A program made the translations under genes and the position numbers. 64,000 nt of DNA, from the IMG/VR virus record IMGVR_UViG_3300031418_000007; one strand, written 5' to 3'. Positions 9,292 through 19,319 of this stretch are shown piece by piece. The notes beneath the pieces were generated by a model that was given only the letters and a program-made list of their open reading frames with translations, was not told the DNA's origin and did no database searches. The stretch's first letter is position 1. Each line of letters begins with the position of its first letter. Origin of the DNA: a virus (taxonomy: Duplodnaviria > Caudoviricetes).

Positions 9292-10565
9292 ATCACTTTA
9301 CCCATTTTGCGAGATTTGAAAATCATTAACAATAGGATAGGTGCATAGTAGAGTTGCTGCTGGAGTGTGAGGTCCCAATACGTCTCCAGGAAGTCGTGTA
9401 TACGCTTCAGATCAACGATATCGTGTTTAAGCACGTCCACTATCAGATTCTCGAACACGCCCTCAGGTTTGCCCTGGTAGAAGCCCTCACTGAACAGGTA
9501 GGTAATGTTCTGGGTAGGCAGGGGGTTATAGGTTGGAATGATCTCCATCCAACTGTACCATCCCGACATATCCGCAAAGTCTTCTGGGTTAGTAACCACT
9601 ACCCCGTCAAACGCGCTGGAACGAATGCTGTTGTACGTACGCGTTGAGTACAGCTTACGTACGTCTACAATGCCAGCGGTGTTCTTACAGCGGCGTAGCG
9701 TGTTCCAATCGTTACGGAAGATCACGTCCCACACGTTGTACACCCCGTGTTGTGAACGCACGTTACCGCTGTACTCCATGGTTAATGTCGACAGGCGCGG
9801 ATAGGTACCCAGGGAATCCCCGCGCGCCATGGCGAGAAATGCCTTGACCAGGTAGGGATCATAGTAGTGCTTGCCGTCAACCATAAAGGCCAACGTGCGC
9901 TCTTCCTCCCAGTAGAACTTCTCGTAGACATAATGCACGATAGTGGGGTACCAGCTGGCGATCTTTTTCTTGAGATCGAATTCACCGGTAGAGATCAGGG
10001 GTGTACCGCCATTAAGGTGCTGGTCACGACTATATACCAGTTCCTCAACGATCTGACTTTCCATCTCGTCCCACACGGGCTTGGTCAAGATGCCTTCAAA
10101 CTTCCACTCGATCTTGTAGACCTTGTTTGCCGTGAACTCAGGGATCGATACGCTGAGCACAGTAAACCAACCAGCGTTGCCATCGCCGATGTCGGCAATG
10201 AAGAAGTCACCTACCAACGGCACCAGACCAAAAATAACGTAACCTGATCCCGTTTTCTCTGCTACAGCGGTTTGCATATCAAAGTTGAAATCTTCACCAG
10301 CGAACTTAATGATCAGATCTTTGATACGGGTGTGAGATTGATACGCGCGAGATCCGGGTTGGAAAGCGTGCAACTCTTCGTTGTTCTTTTGTACCTGGCG
10401 GTGGTACTCGGTTAAAACAGGGGTCCCCGGCACCATGCTGAGCATCGGGGTTTCGTTCTGGTACACACTTTCCACGATGCTGTGTTTGTATGCTTCAGAA
10501 TAGATCTTGGGGGCTTCGGGTTCAGGACTTGGCGCCTGACCAACCGGAGTAACGCTTAATGCCAT
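9288..10565 (-). CDS. Virion structural protein, possible head-closure/neck protein (T4 gp14-like)
   Basis: 425 aa; PLVGDFFIADIGDGNAGWFTV...YKIEW resembles gp14-like stopper motifs. Confidence 0.5.
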   Translation of the reverse strand: MALSVTPVGQAPSPEPEAPKIYSEAYKHSIVESVYQNETPMLSMVPGTPVLTEYHRQVQKNNEELHAFQPGSRAYQSHTRIKDLIIKFAGEDFNFDMQTAVAEKTGSGYVIFGLVPLVGDFFIADIGDGNAGWFTVLSVSIPEFTANKVYKIEWKFEGILTKPVWDEMESQIVEELVYSRDQHLNGGTPLISTGEFDLKKKIASWYPTIVHYVYEKFYWEEERTLAFMVDGKHYYDPYLVKAFLAMARGDSLGTYPRLSTLTMEYSGNVRSQHGVYNVWDVIFRNDWNTLRRCKNTAGIVDVRKLYSTRTYNSIRSSAFDGVVVTNPEDFADMSGWYSWMEIIPTYNPLPTQNITYLFSEGFYQGKPEGVFENLIVDVLKHDIVDLKRIHDFLETYWDLTLQQQLYYAPILLLMIFKSRKMGKVI

Positions 10566-10574
10566 GATAAACTC

Positions 10575-12077
10575 CTACAGCGTTTTAATGTTCTTAACGA
10601 TAAGACCCATTTCGATTTCGTAACGGTTAAAGTTACGGGGAGTGTCGATGGGTAATCCTTCGGGCACGTTGCTTTCCCAATCACTTGGCATGTTGGGCCA
10701 GTCCCACCACGGGAAGATGCTGGGAAGTAACCCGCCGTTATCACGGGCGTCTTGCCAGTAGTCATCGGAATAGTTTTCAACATCGTAGTCGATATTGATA
10801 ATCAGATGCTGGAGACGAGTCACCGTTGGGGCGCGTTTGATATAGATGTTGCCGGCTTCATCCATGCGCAGCTGGTTGGGTTCAACCTGAAGATCACCGG
10901 AATAGACCTCAAACAAAATCGGAGTGTCATGACGCGTAAAGATTTTGTCATGTCGGCGCAGCATGTACGCCTTGGCGTCGTCTTCCCAGATAAAGTCAGG
11001 GATTTCAAACAGGTTACACAGCAGCTGTTCACCCGGTGTATCATTCACAGCCAGGCGTGCCTGAATCAGTGGCGTAAGCTTGGCTTTGTGTTCCCGCTCC
11101 CAGTTGTCGTGCGCTGGCAGCACCAGATAATACGGCGCCTGTGTTAACCCCATGTTGTCCACCAGGCGTTTACCCATAACGTATTCAGGGTTTGCCGCAC
11201 CGTGATAAGGCACAGATTGACGGTAGCTGTCACGATTGGTCACCACCCACTTATCAGGAATCTGATCCTGATGCACCTGCAATGGATAGTTAATGCGCCA
11301 GCCGATGAATTCGTTATAGAAGAACTTGTAGGTGAACCCGGTTTCGTATTTACCAAAGGTCTGACCCTTTTGTGCTAAACGAATCTGGGGTTCTTCAAAT
11401 TCCACCTGGAGATCACGCAGCTTAACAGGAAACACCATCACGTCATTATTACCAATGATGTTACCAATGATTGTGGCTTGGCGCAGTGACTTGTCCCGGA
11501 AGTACTCAGGGAAAGTATCTGAACGGATCTTGTTCTTTACCGCTAACTGATGTACGTCAGAGAACAACTCCAGGATGCCGTCATTCAGGGGGAGGTGTCC
11601 CTCGCCATCAAAGGTCATCATGGTAATCATTTGACTGGTGTCATAGTTAATGCGGTTAACCAGCTGTTGTGCAGCAATGCGAGAGGTATGATGAGATACC
11701 AACTCTACTACCACTGACCGACCCGCAAACTCCGGTGTGATATACATCCCCAGGGATTTGTCCAACCAGAAGGGGGCTTCAGTGGATTCACGACGCTGAT
11801 TATGGTAACCGTTGTTGAATTCACTGGGTTCTATGGTAGCAACCGCGTACACCTTGTTACGGAAGATACCGTCGGTGTAGAGTTGGTTGGCGGGGTCATC
11901 ACCGAAGTTACTCCCGATCAATTTGGTGATCTCTGCTTCACCGTTGAAATAAACGTTTTGTGCACCATCCAAGCCAAACTGTTTCAGTACCGCGATAATG
12001 GAATCGTAGATCACTGGTCGAGTAATGGCGCGATAGGTTTCTAGCGAACCGGCAAAGGCGGTTTGTGTAGCGGCCAT
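10575..12077 (-). CDS. Virion structural protein (phiKZ gp98 / SPN3US gp61 position)
   Basis: 500-aa ORF with an AGGA RBS and an upstream ATTTTATG motif. Confidence 0.6.
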   Translation of the reverse strand: MAATQTAFAGSLETYRAITRPVIYDSIIAVLKQFGLDGAQNVYFNGEAEITKLIGSNFGDDPANQLYTDGIFRNKVYAVATIEPSEFNNGYHNQRRESTEAPFWLDKSLGMYITPEFAGRSVVVELVSHHTSRIAAQQLVNRINYDTSQMITMMTFDGEGHLPLNDGILELFSDVHQLAVKNKIRSDTFPEYFRDKSLRQATIIGNIIGNNDVMVFPVKLRDLQVEFEEPQIRLAQKGQTFGKYETGFTYKFFYNEFIGWRINYPLQVHQDQIPDKWVVTNRDSYRQSVPYHGAANPEYVMGKRLVDNMGLTQAPYYLVLPAHDNWEREHKAKLTPLIQARLAVNDTPGEQLLCNLFEIPDFIWEDDAKAYMLRRHDKIFTRHDTPILFEVYSGDLQVEPNQLRMDEAGNIYIKRAPTVTRLQHLIINIDYDVENYSDDYWQDARDNGGLLPSIFPWWDWPNMPSDWESNVPEGLPIDTPRNFNRYEIEMGLIVKNIKTL

Positions 12078-12118
12078 AGCGATAAGTTCCTTATGAAAAT
12101 AAACATAAAATTTACCTT

Positions 12119-12144
12119 ACTTAGTGGGTGTTACCCCACTAAGT
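12119..12144 (-). terminator. Terminator hairpin
   Basis: 10-bp stem ACTTAGTGGG/CCCACTAAGT. Confidence 0.7.
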
Positions 12145-12156
12145 TTGGTTTATGTT

Positions 12157-12897
12157 TTAGAAAGGACGATCGGTGTCATCCAGGGGAACCACGGTAAGGC
12201 TAACCAGATTACGATTTGCATCACGCAGGTAAACCCGGACCTTTAGGGTTTCACCCTCTTTGCGATAGGTCTGGAAGTTAAACACGGTGGCATTGCGCAG
12301 GATGTCGAGGTTGGCTTTGGTGACGTAATTAGATTCACCAAAACGTGCCTGAACTTCCTTGATCAACTCAGGAGAGAGTTGGTTACCGTTAAACGCCTTG
12401 GCCTTGCACTCAAACGGACGTGACACGCTAAGGATACCCTGGAAGAACATCAGCTGGAACGTTTTTGCCAGTGACGCCATGCTGTCCAGCAGTTTACCGC
12501 CGCTCTCGGTGACAAAACGAATGGAGACTGATCCCTTGTACAGGAAAGAGTTCGGCAGAATCTCCAGGGTAAACCGTGCAACCATGCCTGCGGTGAAATC
12601 AACTTTGATATCCGCTGCGTTGTAGTCCACGCCCTTGATCAGTGCTAAACCGTTCTGATCACTGAATGCCTGTACCGCGTCCGCATAGGTTGCTTCTTTG
12701 TCAATCACAACCGTAGGCAGTGCCAGCGCAAACTGAGCAGTGAGGTCCATCTTCTTAACCGTTGCAACTTCTTCAACACCGCGACCATTGACAAAGGTAA
12801 TTGCGCTCTCCGCACCACCTTTGGTAAAGTACTCGGTAACTTTGCCTCCCAGCATGTTCTCGAGCTTGGTGATATTGATTGGTGCAATATTACTCAT
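12157..12897 (-). CDS. Putative virion protein
   Basis: The track start at 12969 overlaps the upstream gene; more likely start MSNIAP at 12897 after GAAGG; motif NGLALIKGVDY...LPNSFLYKGSV. Confidence 0.65.
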   Translation of the reverse strand: MSNIAPINITKLENMLGGKVTEYFTKGGAESAITFVNGRGVEEVATVKKMDLTAQFALALPTVVIDKEATYADAVQAFSDQNGLALIKGVDYNAADIKVDFTAGMVARFTLEILPNSFLYKGSVSIRFVTESGGKLLDSMASLAKTFQLMFFQGILSVSRPFECKAKAFNGNQLSPELIKEVQARFGESNYVTKANLDILRNATVFNFQTYRKEGETLKVRVYLRDANRNLVSLTVVPLDDTDRPF

Positions 12898-14308
12898 TGC
12901 TGTCACCTTCTTTCTTCTCCGCGTAGAAGATCGCTGGGGTGATGCCCTTGATCGCTTTGCTGATCGCACCCACGGTTTTACGCTGGACGCTCAGTTGCTT
13001 TTTCAGGTCATCGAACTTCGCCCGCGCTTCCTTAGACTTTTCCGTGATAGCGGCTTTCTTCACGCTGATGGCTTCTTTGTCATCATCAGCAGGTGCATCA
13101 GAAGAAACGCTGCTTTCCAATGCCTTGACATCTGAATCAACCTCATTAAAGGTTTTCTCCAGTGTGCTGGCTTCATTATAGACTTTGGTGAACTCTGCCA
13201 TGAGTTTGTCGATTACACCCGGGGCTGACGAGACATCAGTGAGCGTACCCACAATGCTCTTGATGTTGTCGTTGCCGGTTGCTGCTGCAAGACGGTTAAT
13301 ACCGGCTTTAGCCGAATCAGTTAACGTGGCATCTTTGCGCTCTACCGCTGCCAGGGCTTTCTTGTTGGCATCCGAGGACGACTTGATATCATCCGCCATC
13401 TCTTTCAGCGAATTATCGAAGTAGTTCTCTTTCACCGCCACCAAGCCATCCTTGACCACTTGGAATGCCTTTAACATGGCTGACTTGATCTTGTCCCACA
13501 TTGCACCCTCGTTGCCGCCGATATCAGCAGGCAGGATACCGCGGCTGATCATGACACCGGTAACGTAACGCTGAGCAAAGGTTTGGTTAGCCATCTCAAC
13601 ATAACCCCCTGCTGCATGAAATTCTTCTAACCCTTGCAGCATGGTGTTAAGGTGAGTGAACTGTTCTAATCCGTCAACAGACGCAGTGTCTGCTTCAAAC
13701 GTCTCAGAATGGTCTGTGGTGGCTTCACCGAGGTCAGTGGGAATATCTTGCACGTTACAACCGAAGTGTTCACCTATACCTGATTCAGAACCGTATTTAG
13801 CGATCATGAAGGTACAGATGATTTGACTCAGTGATTGCAAGAACACCAGGTGATCTGCCATCTCATTCAGCGCATCATAGTCTTTACCCGCTTCCACACC
13901 CGCGCAGTAGAAATCACGACACTTGGTCAACGCACCTTTCAATGCATCCAGTCCTTCATTCTCGGTATAGGTTAAGTCAGCATTACCCAACGCACAGATA
14001 GTAGCCGATGCCTTGAGGGGTTCAATGACTTTGCTGGTTTCTACGATATTGCGAAGGTAATTACTGACGCCCTTGTTGGTGTGGTCTAAACCCTGTAGGG
14101 AATCCAGTGCGGTATCAGCAGTAATACAGATCAATGAATGCAATTGTTTCTTACAGACTTTCTGATCTTCAATCTTGATATAGTCTGCATCTTTCTTGAT
14201 CATCTCACGGACATTAGTAAACATCTCGTGAGTACCCATTGTCTTTCTTTCTTCATCATTTAACTTGATAATTAAATTAAGTAATTTAAATATAGTAACC
14301 CCTTCCAT
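12890..14308 (-). CDS. Internal head/ejection protein paralogue
   Basis: 472 aa; DGLE, QGLE and GGNE sites followed by amphipathic helix GAMWDKIKSAMLKAFQVVKDGL; GGAGG RBS. Confidence 0.65.
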   Translation of the reverse strand: MEGVTIFKLLNLIIKLNDEERKTMGTHEMFTNVREMIKKDADYIKIEDQKVCKKQLHSLICITADTALDSLQGLDHTNKGVSNYLRNIVETSKVIEPLKASATICALGNADLTYTENEGLDALKGALTKCRDFYCAGVEAGKDYDALNEMADHLVFLQSLSQIICTFMIAKYGSESGIGEHFGCNVQDIPTDLGEATTDHSETFEADTASVDGLEQFTHLNTMLQGLEEFHAAGGYVEMANQTFAQRYVTGVMISRGILPADIGGNEGAMWDKIKSAMLKAFQVVKDGLVAVKENYFDNSLKEMADDIKSSSDANKKALAAVERKDATLTDSAKAGINRLAAATGNDNIKSIVGTLTDVSSAPGVIDKLMAEFTKVYNEASTLEKTFNEVDSDVKALESSVSSDAPADDDKEAISVKKAAITEKSKEARAKFDDLKKQLSVQRKTVGAISKAIKGITPAIFYAEKKEGDSNE

Positions 14309-14372
14309 CCCCCGGCCTCCACCAGTTTTGACATTAAGTTGTTTTTGCAGTTAAAAAACAATTCACACAGAA

Positions 14373-14405
14373 TACCACACTGTGGGGTTTCCCCCACAGC
14401 TGGTA
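14373..14405 (-). terminator. Terminator hairpin with GAAA loop
   Basis: CTGTGGGG-GAAA-CCCCACAG on the minus strand, extended by TACCA/TGGTA. Confidence 0.75.
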
Positions 14406-14407
14406 AT

Positions 14408-14494
14408 TTAACGGAGCTTACGACGATAACCCCCACCCGTGCTGTAATTGGGTTCTACAGCAATACGCGACGTATCGTAATCAGGCTCGGGCAT
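14408..14494 (-). CDS. Unannotated 28-aa ORF (MPEPDYDTSRIAVEPNYSTGGGYRRKLR), or the -1 frameshift extension of the upstream gene
   Basis: ATG overlaps the upstream TAA (TAATG); frame ends 2 nt before a terminator; in the -1 frame of an A_AAA_AAG heptamer. Confidence 0.4.
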   Translation of the reverse strand: MPEPDYDTSRIAVEPNYSTGGGYRRKLR

Positions 14495-15390
14495 TACGCC
14501 TTTTTTGCGAAGTAGCTCGGAGTGAGCTTATCCACAACACCGGTCACGAATGAACGGAAAGACGATTTCATCTGTTGGATCAAGGTGTAAGACTTCATCA
14601 CCTCTTTCAGAGACGCTAACTTCTCTTTGATCTCAGCAGACGCATTTTCACCGGCTGCTTTTACTTTGCTTTCCAGCTTGTCAATTTCAGCCAGAGTTTT
14701 AGACGCCAGTGCTTTAACCTGAGACGACATTACACCACGGAAGTCACGGAAGTACATCGCCCACAGTTGTGCCTTGATGGACACAGCCAGCGCAATACCA
14801 CGACCTTGCTTCTTGGCAGCTTCAACACCGCGGTTGGTGATCTCAACCATTTTCTCCAGCGCACCGTCCAACTTTTCTTTCAGCTGAGCGTCTTCTGCCA
14901 GAATCTTAGCCGCCTGCACACCCTGATTAACTTTCGCTTTGATGCTTGCGCCAATAGCTGCTGTTTTAGTGGCAGCAGAGTCGATAGCGCTACGTGCAGC
15001 CTGAGTCAGTTCAGAGGTAGAAGGCAGCTTCGCCAGGACACCTTTCTCTTTCTCAATCGCACTGTTTTTCTCTTCGTCTTTCTCTTCAGCATCTTTACCG
15101 AAGAAAAAGCCCCAAATGCCTTTAAAGACACTCTTGATGTAGGTGACAGACTTTGCAAAGCTGGCCTTTACAGAGGTCCACACGGATTCGTTGCCGTGGA
15201 TAACGGTAGGTGGCAGCATGTCTGCACCACACATCGCGCCAGCCAGGTATTTCACCGCATAGCTTTCGGTGCCGTCGATGGCGTCGATGCTACCCTGAAT
15301 AATCAGGGATTCGTGGCTCTCATCGAGGTCGGCTGGTGTTTCGTCGAGTACTAGGTCGATAACGTCGTCTTGCATGATCTTTTTTTCCAT
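14494..15390 (-). CDS. Internal head/ejection protein paralogue
   Basis: 298 aa; acidic N-terminus, DGTE and HGNE sites, then VWTSVKASFAKSVTYIKSVFKGIWGFFFG. Confidence 0.7.
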   Translation of the reverse strand: MEKKIMQDDVIDLVLDETPADLDESHESLIIQGSIDAIDGTESYAVKYLAGAMCGADMLPPTVIHGNESVWTSVKASFAKSVTYIKSVFKGIWGFFFGKDAEEKDEEKNSAIEKEKGVLAKLPSTSELTQAARSAIDSAATKTAAIGASIKAKVNQGVQAAKILAEDAQLKEKLDGALEKMVEITNRGVEAAKKQGRGIALAVSIKAQLWAMYFRDFRGVMSSQVKALASKTLAEIDKLESKVKAAGENASAEIKEKLASLKEVMKSYTLIQQMKSSFRSFVTGVVDKLTPSYFAKKA

Positions 15391-15423
15391 GTGAAAGTTA
15401 ATAGGTGGGGTATAAACATAAAA

Positions 15424-15888
15424 TCAACAAACTACCGAAAACGATCCTTTGAAGTAAGGACAGTCCGTAAATTCCACATGAAGCTTGTTATCGAGCTTGG
15501 ATAACGTCACTTCTGAGCTGGATACCATGGGGAGTCCCAATACACTCATCAGTGTGTCAAACGCCTCTAACAGGTTGTTGGTTAACAGGACATCGCTTTG
15601 ATCAGTAACCAACACGGAGTCATCTTCAAACACGGTATCAGAGAGTTCCTCTAACGCCTTCTGTTCAACGATCGAACCATGCATGTAGCTGATATCGATA
15701 TCCATGCTATCCAGGAAGCTGAGGTCAATCTTGTCGCCACGAATGAAACGAGAGCGACAGGATGTATCCACAACAACGTAGCTGTCCTTTGTTAGGTTAT
15801 GGAGTTGTGGAGCAACAAAGCCCTGTTCACCACTTGCCTTCAACACACAGCGAGTAAACTGCCCTGGGGTTACGCGAATGATCTTCAT
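15424..15888 (-). CDS. Hypothetical protein
   Basis: 154-aa ORF, ATGA-coupled to the upstream gene. Confidence 0.7.
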   Translation of the reverse strand: MKIIRVTPGQFTRCVLKASGEQGFVAPQLHNLTKDSYVVVDTSCRSRFIRGDKIDLSFLDSMDIDISYMHGSIVEQKALEELSDTVFEDDSVLVTDQSDVLLTNNLLEAFDTLMSVLGLPMVSSSEVTLSKLDNKLHVEFTDCPYFKGSFSVVC

Positions 15889-16958
15889 TTAAACGCTTTC
15901 CCCATGATGTCGTGTGCCGCTGAGTCCGCCTGCTGGATAGCGGTCATCACGTGCTTGATAAAGGCAATGTAGTTAACCAGGGAACGGAATGCCGCTGCCA
16001 TAGCAAACGCCTCTGCTTTGCCAATGCCTTGCAGGTCTTTCTCTTGCTTGATCTTGACATTGAACAGAGTACCTTCGTTCTTGGAGATCTCTGCCAGCTT
16101 CATGAGGTTGTTAGAGGTGGTTTCCAGTTTATCCACTAATCCGTCGAACTTGCCTTCTGATACGGTGAAGTGATCATCAGCTTTGACCTCGGTTTGTTTC
16201 AGAGGATAGATGGTGAACGCAATGGCATTGTCTTTGTCTTGCGCAACGCTTGCCCACTGTGCGCCGACGACACGGAACTGAGTGTCACCGAACTTACCAC
16301 CCAAGTGCGCCGCCACGGCCTTGCCAAAGTTCTCTACATCCTTCACAGTGACCTTTTTATCTTGTACCTTGGCAAAGAGCTCCTTGGCAGAAGAAAAGGT
16401 CTTAACCGCGCCGTCAGTGCGTTTAACCAGATTATCCAACTCACCGCTTAACCAGTCCAGGTTTGCTGGGAAGGATTTAAAGCGTTTGCTGTCGATCAAG
16501 CTTTTGGCGTTGCCAGGATACTTCAATTCGGTATCGTAATTGATTTCTCCGGCTTTTACTTTTGCTTGCAGCTTGTTGAAGTCTGTTTTAGAACGTGTAC
16601 CAAAACCAAAGAAGGTTTCCGCGAGCCATTTGAAGAAGTTACCAATCATGCTCAGGAAGCGTTTGATCAATGACCATACCGTACCGAAAAGACCTTCACT
16701 GCCGTTTACTTCAGCAGGTGCATTGGGGATCAGAGAAGCAACGCGGAGATAGAGCTGTTCCACGCCACTGCGATCATCCTCAGGCTTGGCTTCGATCTTC
16801 TCTGCTGTTTCCTTGACCTCTTTGCTATCGCCATCCAGGAAAGCGTCTACGGCCTTCTTGTCGGTTTGATACAGGAGTTCTACGGTAGGAGTATTGACGT
16901 AGCGAGTAATAGCGGCTTTCTTTGTATCTTTATCAAAATCTTTGAAAATAGAAGTCAT
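15885..16958 (-). CDS. Internal head/ejection protein paralogue
   Basis: Probable start MTSIFK at 16958 (GAGG RBS); NGSE then GLFGTVWSLIKRFLSMIGNFFKWLAETFFG. Confidence 0.7.
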   Translation of the reverse strand: MTSIFKDFDKDTKKAAITRYVNTPTVELLYQTDKKAVDAFLDGDSKEVKETAEKIEAKPEDDRSGVEQLYLRVASLIPNAPAEVNGSEGLFGTVWSLIKRFLSMIGNFFKWLAETFFGFGTRSKTDFNKLQAKVKAGEINYDTELKYPGNAKSLIDSKRFKSFPANLDWLSGELDNLVKRTDGAVKTFSSAKELFAKVQDKKVTVKDVENFGKAVAAHLGGKFGDTQFRVVGAQWASVAQDKDNAIAFTIYPLKQTEVKADDHFTVSEGKFDGLVDKLETTSNNLMKLAEISKNEGTLFNVKIKQEKDLQGIGKAEAFAMAAAFRSLVNYIAFIKHVMTAIQQADSAAHDIMGKAFK

Positions 16959-16978
16959 AAATAAAAAACCTCGCACTA

Positions 16979-17010
16979 ATACTAAACCCGGGTTGCCCCG
17001 GGTTTAGTAT
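16979..17010 (-). terminator. Terminator hairpin with GCAA loop
   Basis: Perfect 14-bp stem ATACTAAACCCGGG/CCCGGGTTTAGTAT. Confidence 0.8.
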
Positions 17011-17033
17011 ATCGTTTTTTACGCAGTGTTCAC

Positions 17034-18281
17034 TTAGATGTGAGCAGCAACGCCGTCGATCATCGCTTCCAGGACGTTAGACGCCAGAGAAGTTGCAGAA
17101 CGGGTCAGCGCAGCAGAAGACGCAGCAACAGCTTTAACCAGTGCAACTTTGTCACCGGTGTCTTTGTCTTCTTTACCAGCAGAAGCGTTGATGTAACCGA
17201 TCAGTTTGTCGCGCTTAGCAGCAGCGAATTTCTGGTCGATCTTACCGCTTTCCAGTTTGCCGATCGCATTGCTGACGATGTTCAGCTGAGATTTCAGAGC
17301 AGCAGCGCTGGTGATTTTCGGAGCTACTTCGCCAGAAGTCAGTTTGCTGAAGTTATCAGCTTTAACAGTCTTCATGCTCAGGCCACGGGCCAGGGCGCCA
17401 GCTTTCTTCAGATCAGACGCTTCGCCTTCGCCAGTGTGCAGAACAACACGGATACCAGCGATCTGTGCAACCAGTTGACCTTTCTCTTCTTTGCTTGCGC
17501 CAGCGCCAGCAATTTTAGATTTCAGACCAGAAACCAGCGCTTTGTACGCGGTGCTGAATTCAGCCAGAGTGATTTCGCCGTCCAGCAGGTTAGCGTATGC
17601 GCCCAGTGGAGCAGAGACTTCAGCCAGCTCAACAACTTTACCGTTCAGACCTTTGGCTTCGTAATCGATGTAACCGTTCCAGCCGCCCAGCTTAACTTTC
17701 TCTTTCAGCTTCAGGCCGTCTTTGCCCAGTTCAGCATTCAGACCTTCGATGCGACGTTTCATGGCTTTGTTCTTGTTGAACAGGCCGATGAAGAAGTTCA
17801 CAACGGTGTTGAAGATCTTCTTGATAAAAGTGATGACAGCCGCGCCTGCGCCTTTCACTTTATCCATGAAGCCTTCCATGCCGTCGCGTGCCAGAGAAGA
17901 GGCAGTAGAAGCATCGTACAGATCTTCAGCACCCATGCGGGTCGCGCCTTTATCAGATGCGCCGCCCAGACGTTTGTCGGTGATGCGGAAAGCCTGGTTG
18001 TACAGTGCAGAGAACGCTTTGCCGTCGAAGTTACCAGAAGCCAGCATTGACTCCATACCTTCAACCAGATCAGCAACTTCTTCAGTCGCTTCTTCGATAT
18101 CAGTAACCTGCTCGGCTACTTCTTCCAGCACTTCGCCCTGCTCCTGAATTTCGGCATTTGCTTCAGCAACTTCTGCGCGAATTTCAGACACTTCTTCTGC
18201 TACTGAGTCCAGAGTCGCCTGAGCTCCTTCAGAAAGACCCAGTTCTTCGGTACCAGCATAGAGGGATGAATTAAAAGACAT
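17034..18281 (-). CDS. Abundant internal head protein (phiKZ gp93-95 / SPN3US gp53-54 family)
   Basis: 415 aa; Glu-rich propeptide with AGTE, EGME, MGAE, DGME, then GFMDKVKGAGAAVITFIKKIFNTVVNFFIGLF; strong codon bias. Confidence 0.75.
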   Translation of the reverse strand: MSFNSSLYAGTEELGLSEGAQATLDSVAEEVSEIRAEVAEANAEIQEQGEVLEEVAEQVTDIEEATEEVADLVEGMESMLASGNFDGKAFSALYNQAFRITDKRLGGASDKGATRMGAEDLYDASTASSLARDGMEGFMDKVKGAGAAVITFIKKIFNTVVNFFIGLFNKNKAMKRRIEGLNAELGKDGLKLKEKVKLGGWNGYIDYEAKGLNGKVVELAEVSAPLGAYANLLDGEITLAEFSTAYKALVSGLKSKIAGAGASKEEKGQLVAQIAGIRVVLHTGEGEASDLKKAGALARGLSMKTVKADNFSKLTSGEVAPKITSAAALKSQLNIVSNAIGKLESGKIDQKFAAAKRDKLIGYINASAGKEDKDTGDKVALVKAVAASSAALTRSATSLASNVLEAMIDGVAAHI

Positions 18282-18326
18282 TGTACTTCTCCTTGGAGAT
18301 TTTTACTTAAGTAAAAGTTTATTTAA

Positions 18327-19319
18327 TTAAATAACTTTCGATAACACACCTAAGACGTCTTGGATGTATTTATCGACGTAGCTCACCACGCGTGGAGTGA
18401 AACCACTATAAAATGCTAATGCACACGCATTGCCTTTCAAGATGGACTCGGCTTCAGAGATAATCTGAGAACCTACGTTAGTTGTTTCACTTAAACCCTT
18501 GCTGGCCTCTTCTACAACAGAAGACCAACTTTTAACGAAATCAAGATAATCAGCATAAGATCCTTTAACCTGCAAATGCAGATCGTTAAGCTTGGCAATT
18601 TTTGCCAGGACCGACTGAACATCAGACTTCGATGCTTCGAGGTTATGAGACTCACCCGCTGGCTTGTCTCCGGACATAGAATATACTACATCCTTGTCGG
18701 TGAACTTACACTTGACTACTTTACCACCCGGCAGTACGTCTGAAAGCAACCATTCACCATTCTTGTGGGGAAGTTTGTATTCAGGGTAATGAAGGCCTTC
18801 GAACTCTCTAACCACGGCCATGATGTCGTTGGTACCCTTAACGCCTTTCAGCTTACGTGCAACAACCAACTCACGGCTCAGGTGATCTTTGAGATCATGC
18901 GAATGTTTCTGGAACCCTTCCAGGGTCTTGATCAATGTATCGAGATCAGACCCAAAGTCATCCCATTGCCCTGTGCTGGTCAAAGCTGCAACCTGCGCGC
19001 CAGAGAATGTAAAACTATAGGATTCCTCACCTTTCATCGCAGAGGGGATCTTGTTGATCAGTGACTTGTTGCTGTCAAAGGTTTTGGTGAGCTGAGAACC
19101 CGCACCACGAATACCCTTGTCCAGCAGATCCAGTGTATGACCACCCACCCACTTGGCAACCGATAACACGCCGCTACCCAGTTGCTTCATGGACTCACCG
19201 AACTCTTCATTACCGGTACGCGCGCTTAAAGAGTACGCGCCCTGCAAAGGCTGAAACGCATCGACCAGTTCAACGTGCTGTTGACGACAGGCGAGATACA
19301 ACTCTTTAAGCTGCGACAT
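18327..19319 (-). CDS. Internal head protein paralogue
   Basis: 330 aa; TGNE site; LPGGK motif typical of this head-protein family; TAATG-coupled. Confidence 0.65.
   Translation of the reverse strand: MSQLKELYLACRQQHVELVDAFQPLQGAYSLSARTGNEEFGESMKQLGSGVLSVAKWVGGHTLDLLDKGIRGAGSQLTKTFDSNKSLINKIPSAMKGEESYSFTFSGAQVAALTSTGQWDDFGSDLDTLIKTLEGFQKHSHDLKDHLSRELVVARKLKGVKGTNDIMAVVREFEGLHYPEYKLPHKNGEWLLSDVLPGGKVVKCKFTDKDVVYSMSGDKPAGESHNLEASKSDVQSVLAKIAKLNDLHLQVKGSYADYLDFVKSWSSVVEEASKGLSETTNVGSQIISEAESILKGNACALAFYSGFTPRVVSYVDKYIQDVLGVLSKVI

Noticed and set aside
15379-15385. Second A_AAA_AAG at codons 2-4 of the 298-aa head protein gene
   Set aside because: No evident downstream structure or purpose, and the real start may be the later ATG; kept only as a caveat for the 3' site
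17040-18050. 336-aa antisense ORF over the abundant head protein gene
   Set aside because: Exact antisense shadow of a highly codon-biased gene; no RBS; protein sequence looks non-biological
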